The notes beneath the pieces were generated by a model. That model had not been told where the DNA came from. It saw nothing but the letters and a program-made list of their open reading frames with translations, and ran no database searches. A stretch of 26,439 nucleotides of DNA, from NCBI GenBank assembly GCA_035387905.1, contig DAOOOU010000001.1:1-26439 (forward strand). The letters are read 5' to 3'. Below, one piece after another: positions 10,911 to 18,650 of the stretch. Source of the stretch: Bacilli bacterium (GTDB taxonomy: Bacteria > Bacillota_I > Bacilli_A > RF39 > UBA660). Position 1 is the stretch's first letter, and each line of letters begins with the position of its first letter. A program made the translations under genes and the position numbers.

Positions 10911-10935
10911 AAAATGAAAAACAAGCTTTCGCTTG
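10911..10935 (-). terminator. Intrinsic terminator after the ABC exporter gene
   Basis: Minus strand CAAGC-GAAA-GCTTG (GNRA tetraloop) followed by TTTTTCATTTT. Confidence 0.75.
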
Positions 10936-10947
10936 CTTTCATGAATT

Positions 10948-12672
10948 TTAAATTTCTGAGTTATAGAGTTTTTGATAAATATCCGATTGTTTTAATAATT
11001 CTTGATGAGTACCTTTAATTACCGCTTGACCTTGATCAATAATAATTATTTCATCTGCATCTTGAATTGTTGATAAACGATGAGCCACAATAATTATTGT
11101 GTGATCAACTACTAAGTTATCAATTGTTCGTTTAATATACTCTTGAGATTCATTATCAAGGGCACTGGTGGCTTCATCAAAGAGAATTACCTTAGTATCT
11201 TTAAGTAAAGTACGAGCAATAGCTAATCTTTGCTTTTGCCCACCTGATAAATTAATCCCTCCCTCACCAATAATTGTCTCATATTGATCCGGTAAAGACT
11301 CAATATAATCAGCAATATATGCTTTTTGACAAAGAGTTTTAATTTCTTCAAGGGTAACATCAGCTTTAATTAAGGTAAAGTTTTCTCTAATTGATTTATT
11401 AAATAAATACGGATTTTGGCGAATAACAGAAATGTTTTTTCTTAATTCGGTTTCGGATAATTGAGCAATATTCTTACCATCAATGGTAATCTTACCTGCT
11501 ATCGGATCAAAGTATCTTAATAGTAAATTAAAGATTGTTGATTTACCCATCCCACTACGGCCGATAACCGCAATTTTTTTATTAGGTTCAATCTTCATCT
11601 GTAAATTATCAAGAATTAAGTTTTCGGTTGTATTATATCTAAAAGAAACCCCTTTAAATTCAATAATCCCTTGGGGATTAACTAATTTATTACGGCCGAA
11701 ACGCTCGTCAGGATAAAGAACATTGCTAGTTAGTTCATCAATCCTTTTTAAAGAAACAGTCATTTTTTGATAACTTACTCCAAACTCCGAAAATGATTCA
11801 ATAGCATCACTAATACGCCACATATACATTTCCATCATTAAGAATAGATCAAAAGCAATCTTGCCTTTAAAAAATAGATAACCACAAGTAAATAATAAAC
11901 CCCATTCGAGACAAATATAAGTGATATTTAAAGCATAATTATAAATTAATTCGGTTTTGCGAATAACTTTTTGTTCATGGTATAAGTTATCAATATTCTG
12001 CCCAATTAAGGTCATAATATTGTGCTTGATACCCAAGGCTTTAATCTCTCTAATACCATTTAAGGTTTGTGAAGTAATTTTTACATATTCATCACCACGT
12101 TTTTTAATGTTTTCTTGGGTCTCTTTAATTTTGGGATAAAAAACATTAGATAATAAATATATCGCCCCACTAAATATTACTAGTTCTATGGTTATTACAT
12201 AGGATACTTTTAAGGAAATAACGATAATTATTATGACCATGATTAATCTTGAAGCCAGTTTAATTAACCGGCTGAATAAGTCCATAATCCGATCCGGATC
12301 AGAATATATCCGATTTGTTAATTCGCCGACACTAAGGTCTTCAAATGCTTTAGTTGGTAAATTAAGAACTTTAGCAAATAAATCTTTACTAACATTATTC
12401 ATAAACTTTAACTCTAAATAATTATGATAAACATCTTTGGGAATAGTTAAGATATTATTATAAATAATAGCTGTACCATCCCAAGCCGTTAAAAATATCA
12501 AAAATGTTAACCATTCTTTATGAACGAGAGCATCAATAGCTTGTGACCATAAATACGGGTATAACAATGATTGAAAAGTAATGAAAAAAGTTAAAAAGAT
12601 ATAAATCGTTAGTTTAATTTTATCATTCTTAAAATACCGTCCTAAGACTTTAAAATATTTTAAGTTTTTCAT
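10948..12672 (-). CDS. ABC exporter half-transporter (TMD plus NBD; multidrug/peptide-efflux type)
   Basis: 574 aa. N-terminal multi-TM domain, Walker A GRSGMGKST, Q-loop, signature LSGGQKQR, Walker B ILFDEATSALD, H-loop IVAHRLST. RBS AAAGGAAG. Confidence 0.95.
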   Translation of the reverse strand: MKNLKYFKVLGRYFKNDKIKLTIYIFLTFFITFQSLLYPYLWSQAIDALVHKEWLTFLIFLTAWDGTAIIYNNILTIPKDVYHNYLELKFMNNVSKDLFAKVLNLPTKAFEDLSVGELTNRIYSDPDRIMDLFSRLIKLASRLIMVIIIIVISLKVSYVITIELVIFSGAIYLLSNVFYPKIKETQENIKKRGDEYVKITSQTLNGIREIKALGIKHNIMTLIGQNIDNLYHEQKVIRKTELIYNYALNITYICLEWGLLFTCGYLFFKGKIAFDLFLMMEMYMWRISDAIESFSEFGVSYQKMTVSLKRIDELTSNVLYPDERFGRNKLVNPQGIIEFKGVSFRYNTTENLILDNLQMKIEPNKKIAVIGRSGMGKSTIFNLLLRYFDPIAGKITIDGKNIAQLSETELRKNISVIRQNPYLFNKSIRENFTLIKADVTLEEIKTLCQKAYIADYIESLPDQYETIIGEGGINLSGGQKQRLAIARTLLKDTKVILFDEATSALDNESQEYIKRTIDNLVVDHTIIIVAHRLSTIQDADEIIIIDQGQAVIKGTHQELLKQSDIYQKLYNSEI

Positions 12673-12689
12673 ATGGTTCTTCCTTTCAT

Positions 12690-12717
12690 AAAAAATAGTT
12701 ACTAAACAGTAGCTATT
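12690..12717 (-). terminator. Attenuator terminator in the 5' leader of the ABC exporter
   Basis: Minus strand AATAGCTACT-GTTT-AGTAACTATT-TTTT: 10-bp stem with one C/A mismatch plus a U tract, ending about 18 nt before the ABC start codon. Confidence 0.75.
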
Positions 12718-12748
12718 CTATATGAAAAAAACCTTAATCGTTAACGAT

Positions 12749-12817
12749 CTAAAGACTCGTGGGCAAAGACCCACAATAGCTACTATTTATCTTTTGTTGT
12801 TGAATTTGTTTAATCAT
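12749..12817 (-). CDS. Putative leader (attenuator) peptide, 22 aa: MIKQIQQQKINSSYCGSLPTSL
   Basis: Strong RBS GAGGAG 7 nt before ATG 12817; reads ATG ATT AAA CAA ATT CAA CAA CAA AAG ATA AAT AGT AGC TAT TGT GGG TCT TTG CCC ACG AGT CTT TAG. Lies between a promoter and a terminator. Too short for the ORF track. Confidence 0.7.
   Translation of the reverse strand: MIKQIQQQKINSSYCGSLPTSL
12775..12788 (-). promoter_or_regulatory. Antiterminator strand inside the leader ORF
   Basis: AAAUAGUAGCUAUU (12788-12775) pairs over 14 nt (13 Watson-Crick plus 1 G.U) with AAUAGCUACUGUUU (12717-12704), the 5' arm and loop of the terminator. Confidence 0.75.
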
Positions 12818-12848
12818 TTTCCCACTCCTCTCTTTAAAATTCCCCTTC

Positions 12849-12877
12849 AGTTTAAATGATTTTACTTATTTTGTCAA
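12849..12877 (-). promoter_or_regulatory. Sigma-A promoter for the leader plus ABC exporter
   Basis: TTGACA (12877-12872), 17 nt, TAAACT (12854-12849). Confidence 0.8.
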
Positions 12878-12883
12878 TCTTTT

Positions 12884-14752
12884 TTAAAAACCCCGGCCAC
12901 CGCCGCCACCGCCGCCAAAGCCGCCACCGCCGCTAAAGCCGCCACCAAAACCACCACTTGTTGTTTGGACAGAGTTAGCATTTGCTGCGGAAATTGCTTG
13001 ATGAACTGCGGTATTAACACTACTACTCAAAGCATTACTCATATGCAAATAATATATAGGCATAAAATCGGTTTGGGCAGTATTCTCATTTATTTCGTTA
13101 AATCTCGTGTTCATCACCTTTTGGACTTTTCCCGCTAAACCAAAGATAACAGCATATACTAAATATCTTTCCCAAAGAATTATTTCTGGTAATTCTTTAG
13201 TATCAAAAAGGCCAAAATCATTTAAGAATCTTTTAAAAGCTAACCACTTTTGATAGTGATCATTTCCTTTAGGGGTTCTTTTGGTAAAAACAATTGTATA
13301 AATAATAAAAGGTACCACTAAAATAATTAATAACTTTGCATAAGCAAAACCAGTAATATTAGCGATTGCTGCTAACCAAATGAATAAGCCAACAAAAGCC
13401 ATGATAAAAGCATAAACTTTTACTTTTAACATTCCTTCAAAAAAACCTTGAGCTTTTGCTTCAACAACGACCTTATGGCGCCAATTACTATAACTAGTAG
13501 TAAATTCATTATAAGTTACCTTTGATTTACCGTAAGCCTTTAAACCGCTTAAGGTAAATTGCTCTTTATTACCTACTTTATTAAAAAGAAAATCAATCAG
13601 ATATTTTTCTGTATCATTTGTCTGATTATCATTTTGGTAAGTAAACTCATAATTCTTTTTTGGTAATTCTTTAACCGTAATATTCTTTTTATATATTAAA
13701 TTCATGATTGAAGCACTTAAGGCATTAGGCGTAATTCTTTTATTCATTAAATAGTCAATAACTTCAACATTATAATCTTCAATAAACTGGCGATTATATT
13801 TAGCTTTAAAAGAGTTTGGATATTCCTTATCATAGCGTTGGCGAATAACAATAAAACTCATTATTAAAAGAATCGTATATCCTAAAGCACTATATTCAAT
13901 ACCATAAAATATTTCTTTGATTCTTGCTCGTTCTTCATTGGCCAGTGCTGCTTGCTCATCCCCATAAGCAATTATCGCTTTAAAAGCATTTTGCTCAGAA
14001 CGTCTTAACGTTTTTTGATCAGTAATTAAACCTAAAGCAAAAGTTGTTCTTAAAGATAATGGTGTATTCATGGCTAAAGGACTAATTTGGGCTCTAAAAC
14101 CAATTTTATCAATAAAAGTTGCTGTCCCATTTAATGGCCCAAAAGCCCAAATTCGAAAATAATTACTTTGATCACTTTGCGGTAACAGAACTCTGATTTC
14201 AACATTAGCTATATCATCATCAAGATTTTGGCCAACAATGTTGTAATAAAATTCGGCGACATCATTATGAATTACTACAACATTATCAATATAATATTCA
14301 TAATAAAATACTTGCGTTTGATTATTCATTGCACTATAAGTTCGCAGACGATAACCATCAGTGATATCAGCAATGGTATAGTAAGCATTATTATTCTGCT
14401 TAGTCGGTAATAAATAGGTAATGTCTTTTTGTAAAAGATCAAAATTGGCTGCCGTATTTAAGATATAAGCACTAGCTTTAATATCATAAATATTAGTGGC
14501 ATTATAGATGGCGCTATTGGCAAAATCGATTTTTCCGGGTTGATAATTACTTAAAAGACTGTTTTTATATAACAAATCACGCTCATAACCATTTAATGAA
14601 CCATTAATGACAAAAGCTTCTTTAACAAAGACGTCGCCATTAGCTTGAATTTGATAATTAGCAAAATAATTAGTAATTTTATAATCAACTTCCACCGCTT
14701 TAACTACTGGGATAAACAAAAAGCAACTAAGCAAGATAAGTATTTTTTTCAT
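12884..14752 (-). CDS. DUF2207-family membrane protein
   Basis: 622 aa. Signal peptide, extracellular domain ('EFYYNIVG', 'RIWAFGPLNG'), TM helices, 'WLAFKRFL', 'WERYLVYAVIFG' and Gly-rich tail GGFGGGFSGGGGFGGGGGGGRGF. Adjacent to lemA, a common pairing. Confidence 0.88.
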   Translation of the reverse strand: MKKILILLSCFLFIPVVKAVEVDYKITNYFANYQIQANGDVFVKEAFVINGSLNGYERDLLYKNSLLSNYQPGKIDFANSAIYNATNIYDIKASAYILNTAANFDLLQKDITYLLPTKQNNNAYYTIADITDGYRLRTYSAMNNQTQVFYYEYYIDNVVVIHNDVAEFYYNIVGQNLDDDIANVEIRVLLPQSDQSNYFRIWAFGPLNGTATFIDKIGFRAQISPLAMNTPLSLRTTFALGLITDQKTLRRSEQNAFKAIIAYGDEQAALANEERARIKEIFYGIEYSALGYTILLIMSFIVIRQRYDKEYPNSFKAKYNRQFIEDYNVEVIDYLMNKRITPNALSASIMNLIYKKNITVKELPKKNYEFTYQNDNQTNDTEKYLIDFLFNKVGNKEQFTLSGLKAYGKSKVTYNEFTTSYSNWRHKVVVEAKAQGFFEGMLKVKVYAFIMAFVGLFIWLAAIANITGFAYAKLLIILVVPFIIYTIVFTKRTPKGNDHYQKWLAFKRFLNDFGLFDTKELPEIILWERYLVYAVIFGLAGKVQKVMNTRFNEINENTAQTDFMPIYYLHMSNALSSSVNTAVHQAISAANANSVQTTSGGFGGGFSGGGGFGGGGGGGRGF

Positions 14753-14770
14753 ATCTATTCACCTACTTTT

Positions 14771-14781
14771 ATTTTAGCACA
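14771..14781 (-). promoter_or_regulatory. Extended -10 promoter for the DUF2207 gene
   Basis: Minus strand TGTGCTAAAAT (TRTG-n-TAAAAT) upstream of RBS AGGTGA; no good -35. Confidence 0.5.
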
Positions 14782-14790
14782 TTTTCCCAC

Positions 14791-14816
14791 AAAAAAACTA
14801 GCAACTAGTACTAGTT
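14791..14816 (-). terminator. Intrinsic terminator after lemA
   Basis: Minus strand AACTAGTA-CTAGT-TGCTAGTT-TTTTT: 8-bp stem with one G.U plus a U tract. Confidence 0.6.
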
Positions 14817-14824
14817 CTTAATAA

Positions 14825-15388
14825 CTAAAATTGAACTTTAATATTTTCGCGCTCGGTATTTGCAACTTCAAAGAAAGTTGCTTTTTCGAAACGGAAAATA
14901 CTAGCGATGAGATTACTGGGAAACATTTCTACTTTGTTATTATATTGTAATACCCCATCATTATAGAATTGACGGGCAAAAGATATTTTATCTTCAGTAT
15001 CTTTTAAATCGCCTTGCATTTGCATAAAATTAGTATTGGCTTTCAAATCCGGGTAACTTTCAGCCAAAGCAAACAATTTAGAAATTACATTTGTCAACTC
15101 ACTATTAGCTTTCATCTCTGCTTCGGGAGTCTTAGCTGCGGTAAAACTATTGCGAGCTTCAACAACTGCGGCAAAAGTCTCACTTTCATGCTTAGCATAA
15201 CCTTTAACTGTTTCTAATAAATTAGGAATTAAATCAAATCTTCTTTTCAATTGTACATCGATTTGGGCCCATTGATCCTTTACTTTATTTCTTAGTGATA
15301 CAAGCGCATTATAATTAACAACAATAAAACCACCAATAATAAGTAATAACCCACCACCAATAATAATTATGATTAACCATCCTGGCAT
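14825..15388 (-). CDS. lemA: LemA family protein
   Basis: 187 aa. N-terminal TM helix, 'YNALVSLRN', 'WAQIDVQLKRRFDLIPNL', 'AESYPDLKAN', 'RQFYNDGV..YN', 'FPSNLIA'. RBS AGGAGGT. Confidence 0.96.
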   Translation of the reverse strand: MPGWLIIIIIGGGLLLIIGGFIVVNYNALVSLRNKVKDQWAQIDVQLKRRFDLIPNLLETVKGYAKHESETFAAVVEARNSFTAAKTPEAEMKANSELTNVISKLFALAESYPDLKANTNFMQMQGDLKDTEDKISFARQFYNDGVLQYNNKVEMFPSNLIASIFRFEKATFFEVANTERENIKVQF

Positions 15389-15413
15389 ATAATCATACCT
15401 CCTTATATTATTT

Positions 15414-15442
15414 ATTTTAGCACAAATTAATTAGATAAACAA
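15414..15442 (-). promoter_or_regulatory. Sigma-A promoter for lemA
   Basis: TTGTTT (15442-15437), 17 nt, TAAAAT (15419-15414), with extended -10 TGTG. Confidence 0.65.
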
Positions 15443-15461
15443 TAAGCGTTTATTTAATTAA
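15427..15461 (-). terminator. AT-rich hairpin at the end of the FemAB-family gene (possible terminator)
   Basis: TTAATTAGATAAAC / GTTTATTTAATTAA form a 14-bp inverted repeat with one mismatch. Overlaps the femAB stop codon and the lemA -35. Confidence 0.4.
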
Positions 15462-16670
15462 GCTTTTTATTTTCTTTAATAAATTATATATTTTATATAA
15501 AGGATGAAACCCAATTTCAAAGGAACCAAGCAGTTCTTCAACATAGCCCCCAAAACCCTTTTTAAAGTCATAAACACCATAGTCTTTACCTTTTTTATCA
15601 AATACATCTTTAATACCATAAAAGTTATAACGACGATAATTATGGGCTAAGGCATACTGAATGATATCCCATTGCAAAGCATATTGTCCGCAAAAACTCA
15701 TATATGCTTCATAACTACCACTAAATAAATAGACAACTTCATCGCCATAAAGCATAAACATAGCTCCAGCCAAGACAATAATTGGCCCTTGGGCTTTTTT
15801 TAATTGTTCAATTTGACTGATTTTTTGTTGATTATTAATTATTTCTTGGCGCATGTTTTCTTTTTTATGTTGATTAGATGCTGAGTCGGATAACGCTTCT
15901 AGTTTTTGCTTAAAATTATTATTTTCGTTAATTAAGACTTCTAAGTATTGATTACAATCTAATTCACATACTTTATAAACCACATCATCTTTAAAAGCAC
16001 GGTACATTAATTGATAATATTTTAGTGATTTATCACCAAAAGACCTTCGTTCGCAAGTTTCCGTAGTAATTTTTTTGAACTGATCTAATTCTTCATATTT
16101 TAAGGTCCTAATCTTTAATTGATACTTTGTCATGGTGCGATTAATATAATTTCTTGTACTAGGTCGCATCTCATTTAGTAACTGTTCCTTAGTTTTACCC
16201 GCTAAATCTAAACAATAAACCCATTTAACTTGGCTTGTTTCACCGATATAATTATAACCAAGCTTTGCTAATTTAGCATATAAGTGGTGGTTATTGATAC
16301 CATCAATAATATTAGCTTCAGTATCTCTTGAGATGCTTGGCAGATAAGGATCAATTATTAATTTATAACCCCCCTTAGCTTTTAAAAATAAAATGATTTG
16401 TTGGGTAAAATAAGTTAATAACTCATCATTTTCATAATCAATTAGAAAACCCTTATATGCTTCGAAGGCTTTTTTTCCTAAAAAAGTACCACTACAAGCA
16501 ACTAAACTAGCAGCAACTAATTTATTATTTTCTTCTACCCCTAACAAATACACTTCAACAGCACTATCTTTCATTCTTTGATACATCATTGGCGTTTGAA
16601 AAAAATTCTTTTGCGCAGAATCTTGACCAAACTTTTTAAATTCAAGACAACTTATTTCTCTAAAATTCAT
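15450..16670 (-). CDS. FemAB/FemX/MurM-family aminoacyl-tRNA-dependent peptidoglycan interpeptide-bridge ligase
   Basis: 406 aa. 'NFFQT', 'GFLIDYEN', 'LIIDPY', central coiled coil, 'VVYLFSGS', 'LQWDIIQYA', 'YNFYGI', 'GVYDFKKGFGG...E..G.F'. Confidence 0.92.
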   Translation of the reverse strand: MNFREISCLEFKKFGQDSAQKNFFQTPMMYQRMKDSAVEVYLLGVEENNKLVAASLVACSGTFLGKKAFEAYKGFLIDYENDELLTYFTQQIILFLKAKGGYKLIIDPYLPSISRDTEANIIDGINNHHLYAKLAKLGYNYIGETSQVKWVYCLDLAGKTKEQLLNEMRPSTRNYINRTMTKYQLKIRTLKYEELDQFKKITTETCERRSFGDKSLKYYQLMYRAFKDDVVYKVCELDCNQYLEVLINENNNFKQKLEALSDSASNQHKKENMRQEIINNQQKISQIEQLKKAQGPIIVLAGAMFMLYGDEVVYLFSGSYEAYMSFCGQYALQWDIIQYALAHNYRRYNFYGIKDVFDKKGKDYGVYDFKKGFGGYVEELLGSFEIGFHPLYKIYNLLKKIKSLIK

Positions 16671-16740
16671 ATTTACTCCTAAATTAATTATACTATATTT
16701 GACGCAAGATTGTTACCTTTTTATAGCAAGATAGTTATTA

Positions 16741-16765
16741 ATAAAAAAAATCATCAACTGATGAT
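16741..16765 (-). terminator. Intrinsic terminator after rpmF
   Basis: Minus strand ATCATC-AGTT-GATGAT-TTTTTTT. Confidence 0.75.
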
Positions 16766-16965
16766 TATTTTTCCGTATTTGTTTCTTTGTCGCCAATTTT
16801 GATAACTTCTTCGTTTTTATAATATCCACATTTAGGACATGCCCGATGTGGTCTAATTGGCGCACCACATTTAGGACAAACAGTTAATGTTCCGACTTCT
16901 TTTTTCAAATGCGTACGACGCATTCTTTTTTTAGTTTTGCTCGTTCTTCTAAAAGGAACTGCCAT
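16765..16965 (-). CDS. rpmF: 50S ribosomal protein L32 (zinc-binding C+ form)
   Basis: Start re-called at ATG 16965: [19 protein letters not shown]...CPKCG...[12 protein letters not shown]. Confidence 0.97.
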   Translation of the reverse strand: MAVPFRRTSKTKKRMRRTHLKKEVGTLTVCPKCGAPIRPHRACPKCGYYKNEEVIKIGDKETNTEK

Positions 16966-16969
16966 ATTC

Positions 16970-17443
16970 TCAATCCTTCCCTTTTTCAAGTAAGTCCGCT
17001 AGAGGAGCTAATCTTGAATCAATCTTCTTCGTTTCTTCATTTAATAATTCCCAACCTTCACCTTGCAACGCAATATCTTTATTTTCCGGTTTAGTAATTT
17101 TAATGGGAACCTCTAATAAAACATTTTGCCATAAAATAGCGATAATATCAAGTAAATTTTGTTGATTTTCATAATTTTGCCAAATACTATCTCCTTTTTC
17201 TTTAATTTCAATAGTAAATGGCTGGATGATTGGCGATAAATCAATAGCATCTTGTAAAACTAATTGACCACTGCATTTTAAATTAAGGGCTAACTCATTA
17301 TTATGATCATAATACACTTGGCCTTCGACTATACAATCCTTAACTTCATTAAGACCAGGGAAATTATAAATTTTTTGATCAAAATCCACTTTTTCATTAA
17401 TTTCAATCCCCGCTTGAGGAATTTTGCGAACATCAATTAGCAC
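16970..17443 (-). CDS. DUF177 (YceD/YlbN) family protein
   Basis: 157 aa, GTG start. '[13 protein letters not shown]', 'GEGWE', '[12 protein letters not shown]'. Conserved position upstream of rpmF. Confidence 0.9.
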   Translation of the reverse strand: MLIDVRKIPQAGIEINEKVDFDQKIYNFPGLNEVKDCIVEGQVYYDHNNELALNLKCSGQLVLQDAIDLSPIIQPFTIEIKEKGDSIWQNYENQQNLLDIIAILWQNVLLEVPIKITKPENKDIALQGEGWELLNEETKKIDSRLAPLADLLEKGKD

Positions 17444-17464
17444 TTTTCATCACCTGCGTCCATA

Positions 17465-17493
17465 ATTATATACCAGATACTAATTATTTTCAA
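17465..17493 (-). promoter_or_regulatory. Sigma-A promoter for DUF177-rpmF
   Basis: TTGAAA (17493-17488), 17 nt, TATAAT (17470-17465). Confidence 0.7.
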
Positions 17494-17509
17494 TTAAATA
17501 GCTATTTTA

Positions 17510-17518
17510 TGATAGAAT
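17510..17518 (+). promoter_or_regulatory. Extended -10 promoter for tmcAL, divergent from DUF177
   Basis: TG-A-TAGAAT upstream of RBS AGGAGG. Confidence 0.55.
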
Positions 17519-17534
17519 ATTTTCAGGAGGAACT

Positions 17535-18650
17535 ATGGAAATAATTGGTGTCGTTGCTGAATATAATCCTTTTCATAACGGCCATCTTTACCATCTAAAT
17601 AAGATCAAAGAACTGTATCCTCAGTCTTTAATAATCGTGGTGGTAAATGGGTATTTTATGCAACGGGGTGAAATTAGTGTTTTAACCAAAGCAGATAAAA
17701 CTAAAATTGCGCTTGATTATGGCGCTGATCTTGTTTTGGAACTACCTTTTGTTTTCGGTAGTCAATCAGCTGACAATTTTGCATATTATAGTATTAAAAT
17801 TCTTAATAACATGCGCATTACTAAACTAGTTTTTGGTAGCGAATGTAATGATGTACAGTTGTTAAAAAAAATTGCAGATGAGCAACTTAATAATCCTCAA
17901 TACCAAGAAAATGTTAGTCGTTATTTAAAGGAAGGCATTAATTATCCGACCGCTTTAGCAAAAGCGCTAAATAATAGTGCTGATTTAAATGCTCCTAATG
18001 ATCTTTTAGGAATATCATATATTAAAGCTATTAGCAAAGTTAATCCCCAAATTGAAGCCGTCACTATTGCTCGCACTAATGATTATCATGATCTTACCAG
18101 TAACGAGAAAATAATTAGTGCTAGTAATATTAGAAAAAAAATTACTCAAAAAGAAGCAGTTTCTAAGTATCTACCAGCCTATTCACAAGCCTTAATTATT
18201 GATGGTAATTATGAGAACTTATTTACTTATTTAAAATATCGCATCTTAAGTGATGATATAAGCCAGTATTTGACGGTCGATGAAGGCATTGAAAATCGAA
18301 TTAAACAACAACTAACTAAAGTTAATAGTTTCCCTGATTTAATTAAAGCAATTAAAACCAAGCGTTATACATATAATAAAATAAGCCGCATGCTAATCCA
18401 TATTCTTATTGGCTTTACCAAAAGCGATCATCATAATTGTGCTTTAACTTATACAAAAGTTTTAGGCTTTAATCAGCAAGGCCAAAAATATCTTAATGCA
18501 ATTAAAAAAGCAATTTTAATAAATTTAAAAGTAGATAAAAATTCCCCTCAATATCAATATGAAATTCGGGCTAGTCAAATCTATGATCTTATTCAAGGGA
18601 CAAATACTCTGGCCTTTGAATTAAGCAATAAACCTTTAAAAAAAGACTAA
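17535..18650 (+). CDS. tmcAL: tRNA(Met) cytidine acetate ligase TmcAL (YlbM; HIGH nucleotidyltransferase fold)
   Basis: 371 aa. GVVAEYNPFHNGHLYH, FMQRGE, GADLVLELPF, PNDLLG..Y, SASNIR, LKYRI, KTKRYTY..ISRML. Divergent from DUF177-rpmF, as for ylbM-ylbN-rpmF in Bacillus. Confidence 0.93.
   Translation: MEIIGVVAEYNPFHNGHLYHLNKIKELYPQSLIIVVVNGYFMQRGEISVLTKADKTKIALDYGADLVLELPFVFGSQSADNFAYYSIKILNNMRITKLVFGSECNDVQLLKKIADEQLNNPQYQENVSRYLKEGINYPTALAKALNNSADLNAPNDLLGISYIKAISKVNPQIEAVTIARTNDYHDLTSNEKIISASNIRKKITQKEAVSKYLPAYSQALIIDGNYENLFTYLKYRILSDDISQYLTVDEGIENRIKQQLTKVNSFPDLIKAIKTKRYTYNKISRMLIHILIGFTKSDHHNCALTYTKVLGFNQQGQKYLNAIKKAILINLKVDKNSPQYQYEIRASQIYDLIQGTNTLAFELSNKPLKKD

Noticed and set aside
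12669-12689. Mini-ORF MKGRTI* overlapping the ABC exporter start (ATGA)
   Set aside because: It has no RBS of its own and spans the exporter's RBS; probably incidental, though a role in re-initiation cannot be excluded.
12773-12817. Resemblance of the leader 'KQIQQQKINSSYCG' to the 'Q...DCG' start of C39 peptidase domains, suggesting a decayed PCAT N-terminus
   Set aside because: The similarity is only a few residues, and the rest of the gap is far too short and is explained by RNA pairing.
12690-12845. T-box or known metabolite riboswitch upstream of the ABC exporter
   Set aside because: There is no T-box sequence (UGGNACC), specifier stem or recognisable aptamer core; a translated uORF explains the switch better. 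An Rfam scan was not run.
12887-12960. GC-rich GCC/ACC micro-repeat tract
   Set aside because: It encodes the Gly-rich tail typical of DUF2207 proteins; it is not a CRISPR, VNTR or insertion.
14768-15424. TTAGCAC upstream of DUF2207 and lemA as CIRCE sites
   Set aside because: There is no second arm at N9. On the coding strand the sequence reads TGTGCTAAAAT, an extended -10.
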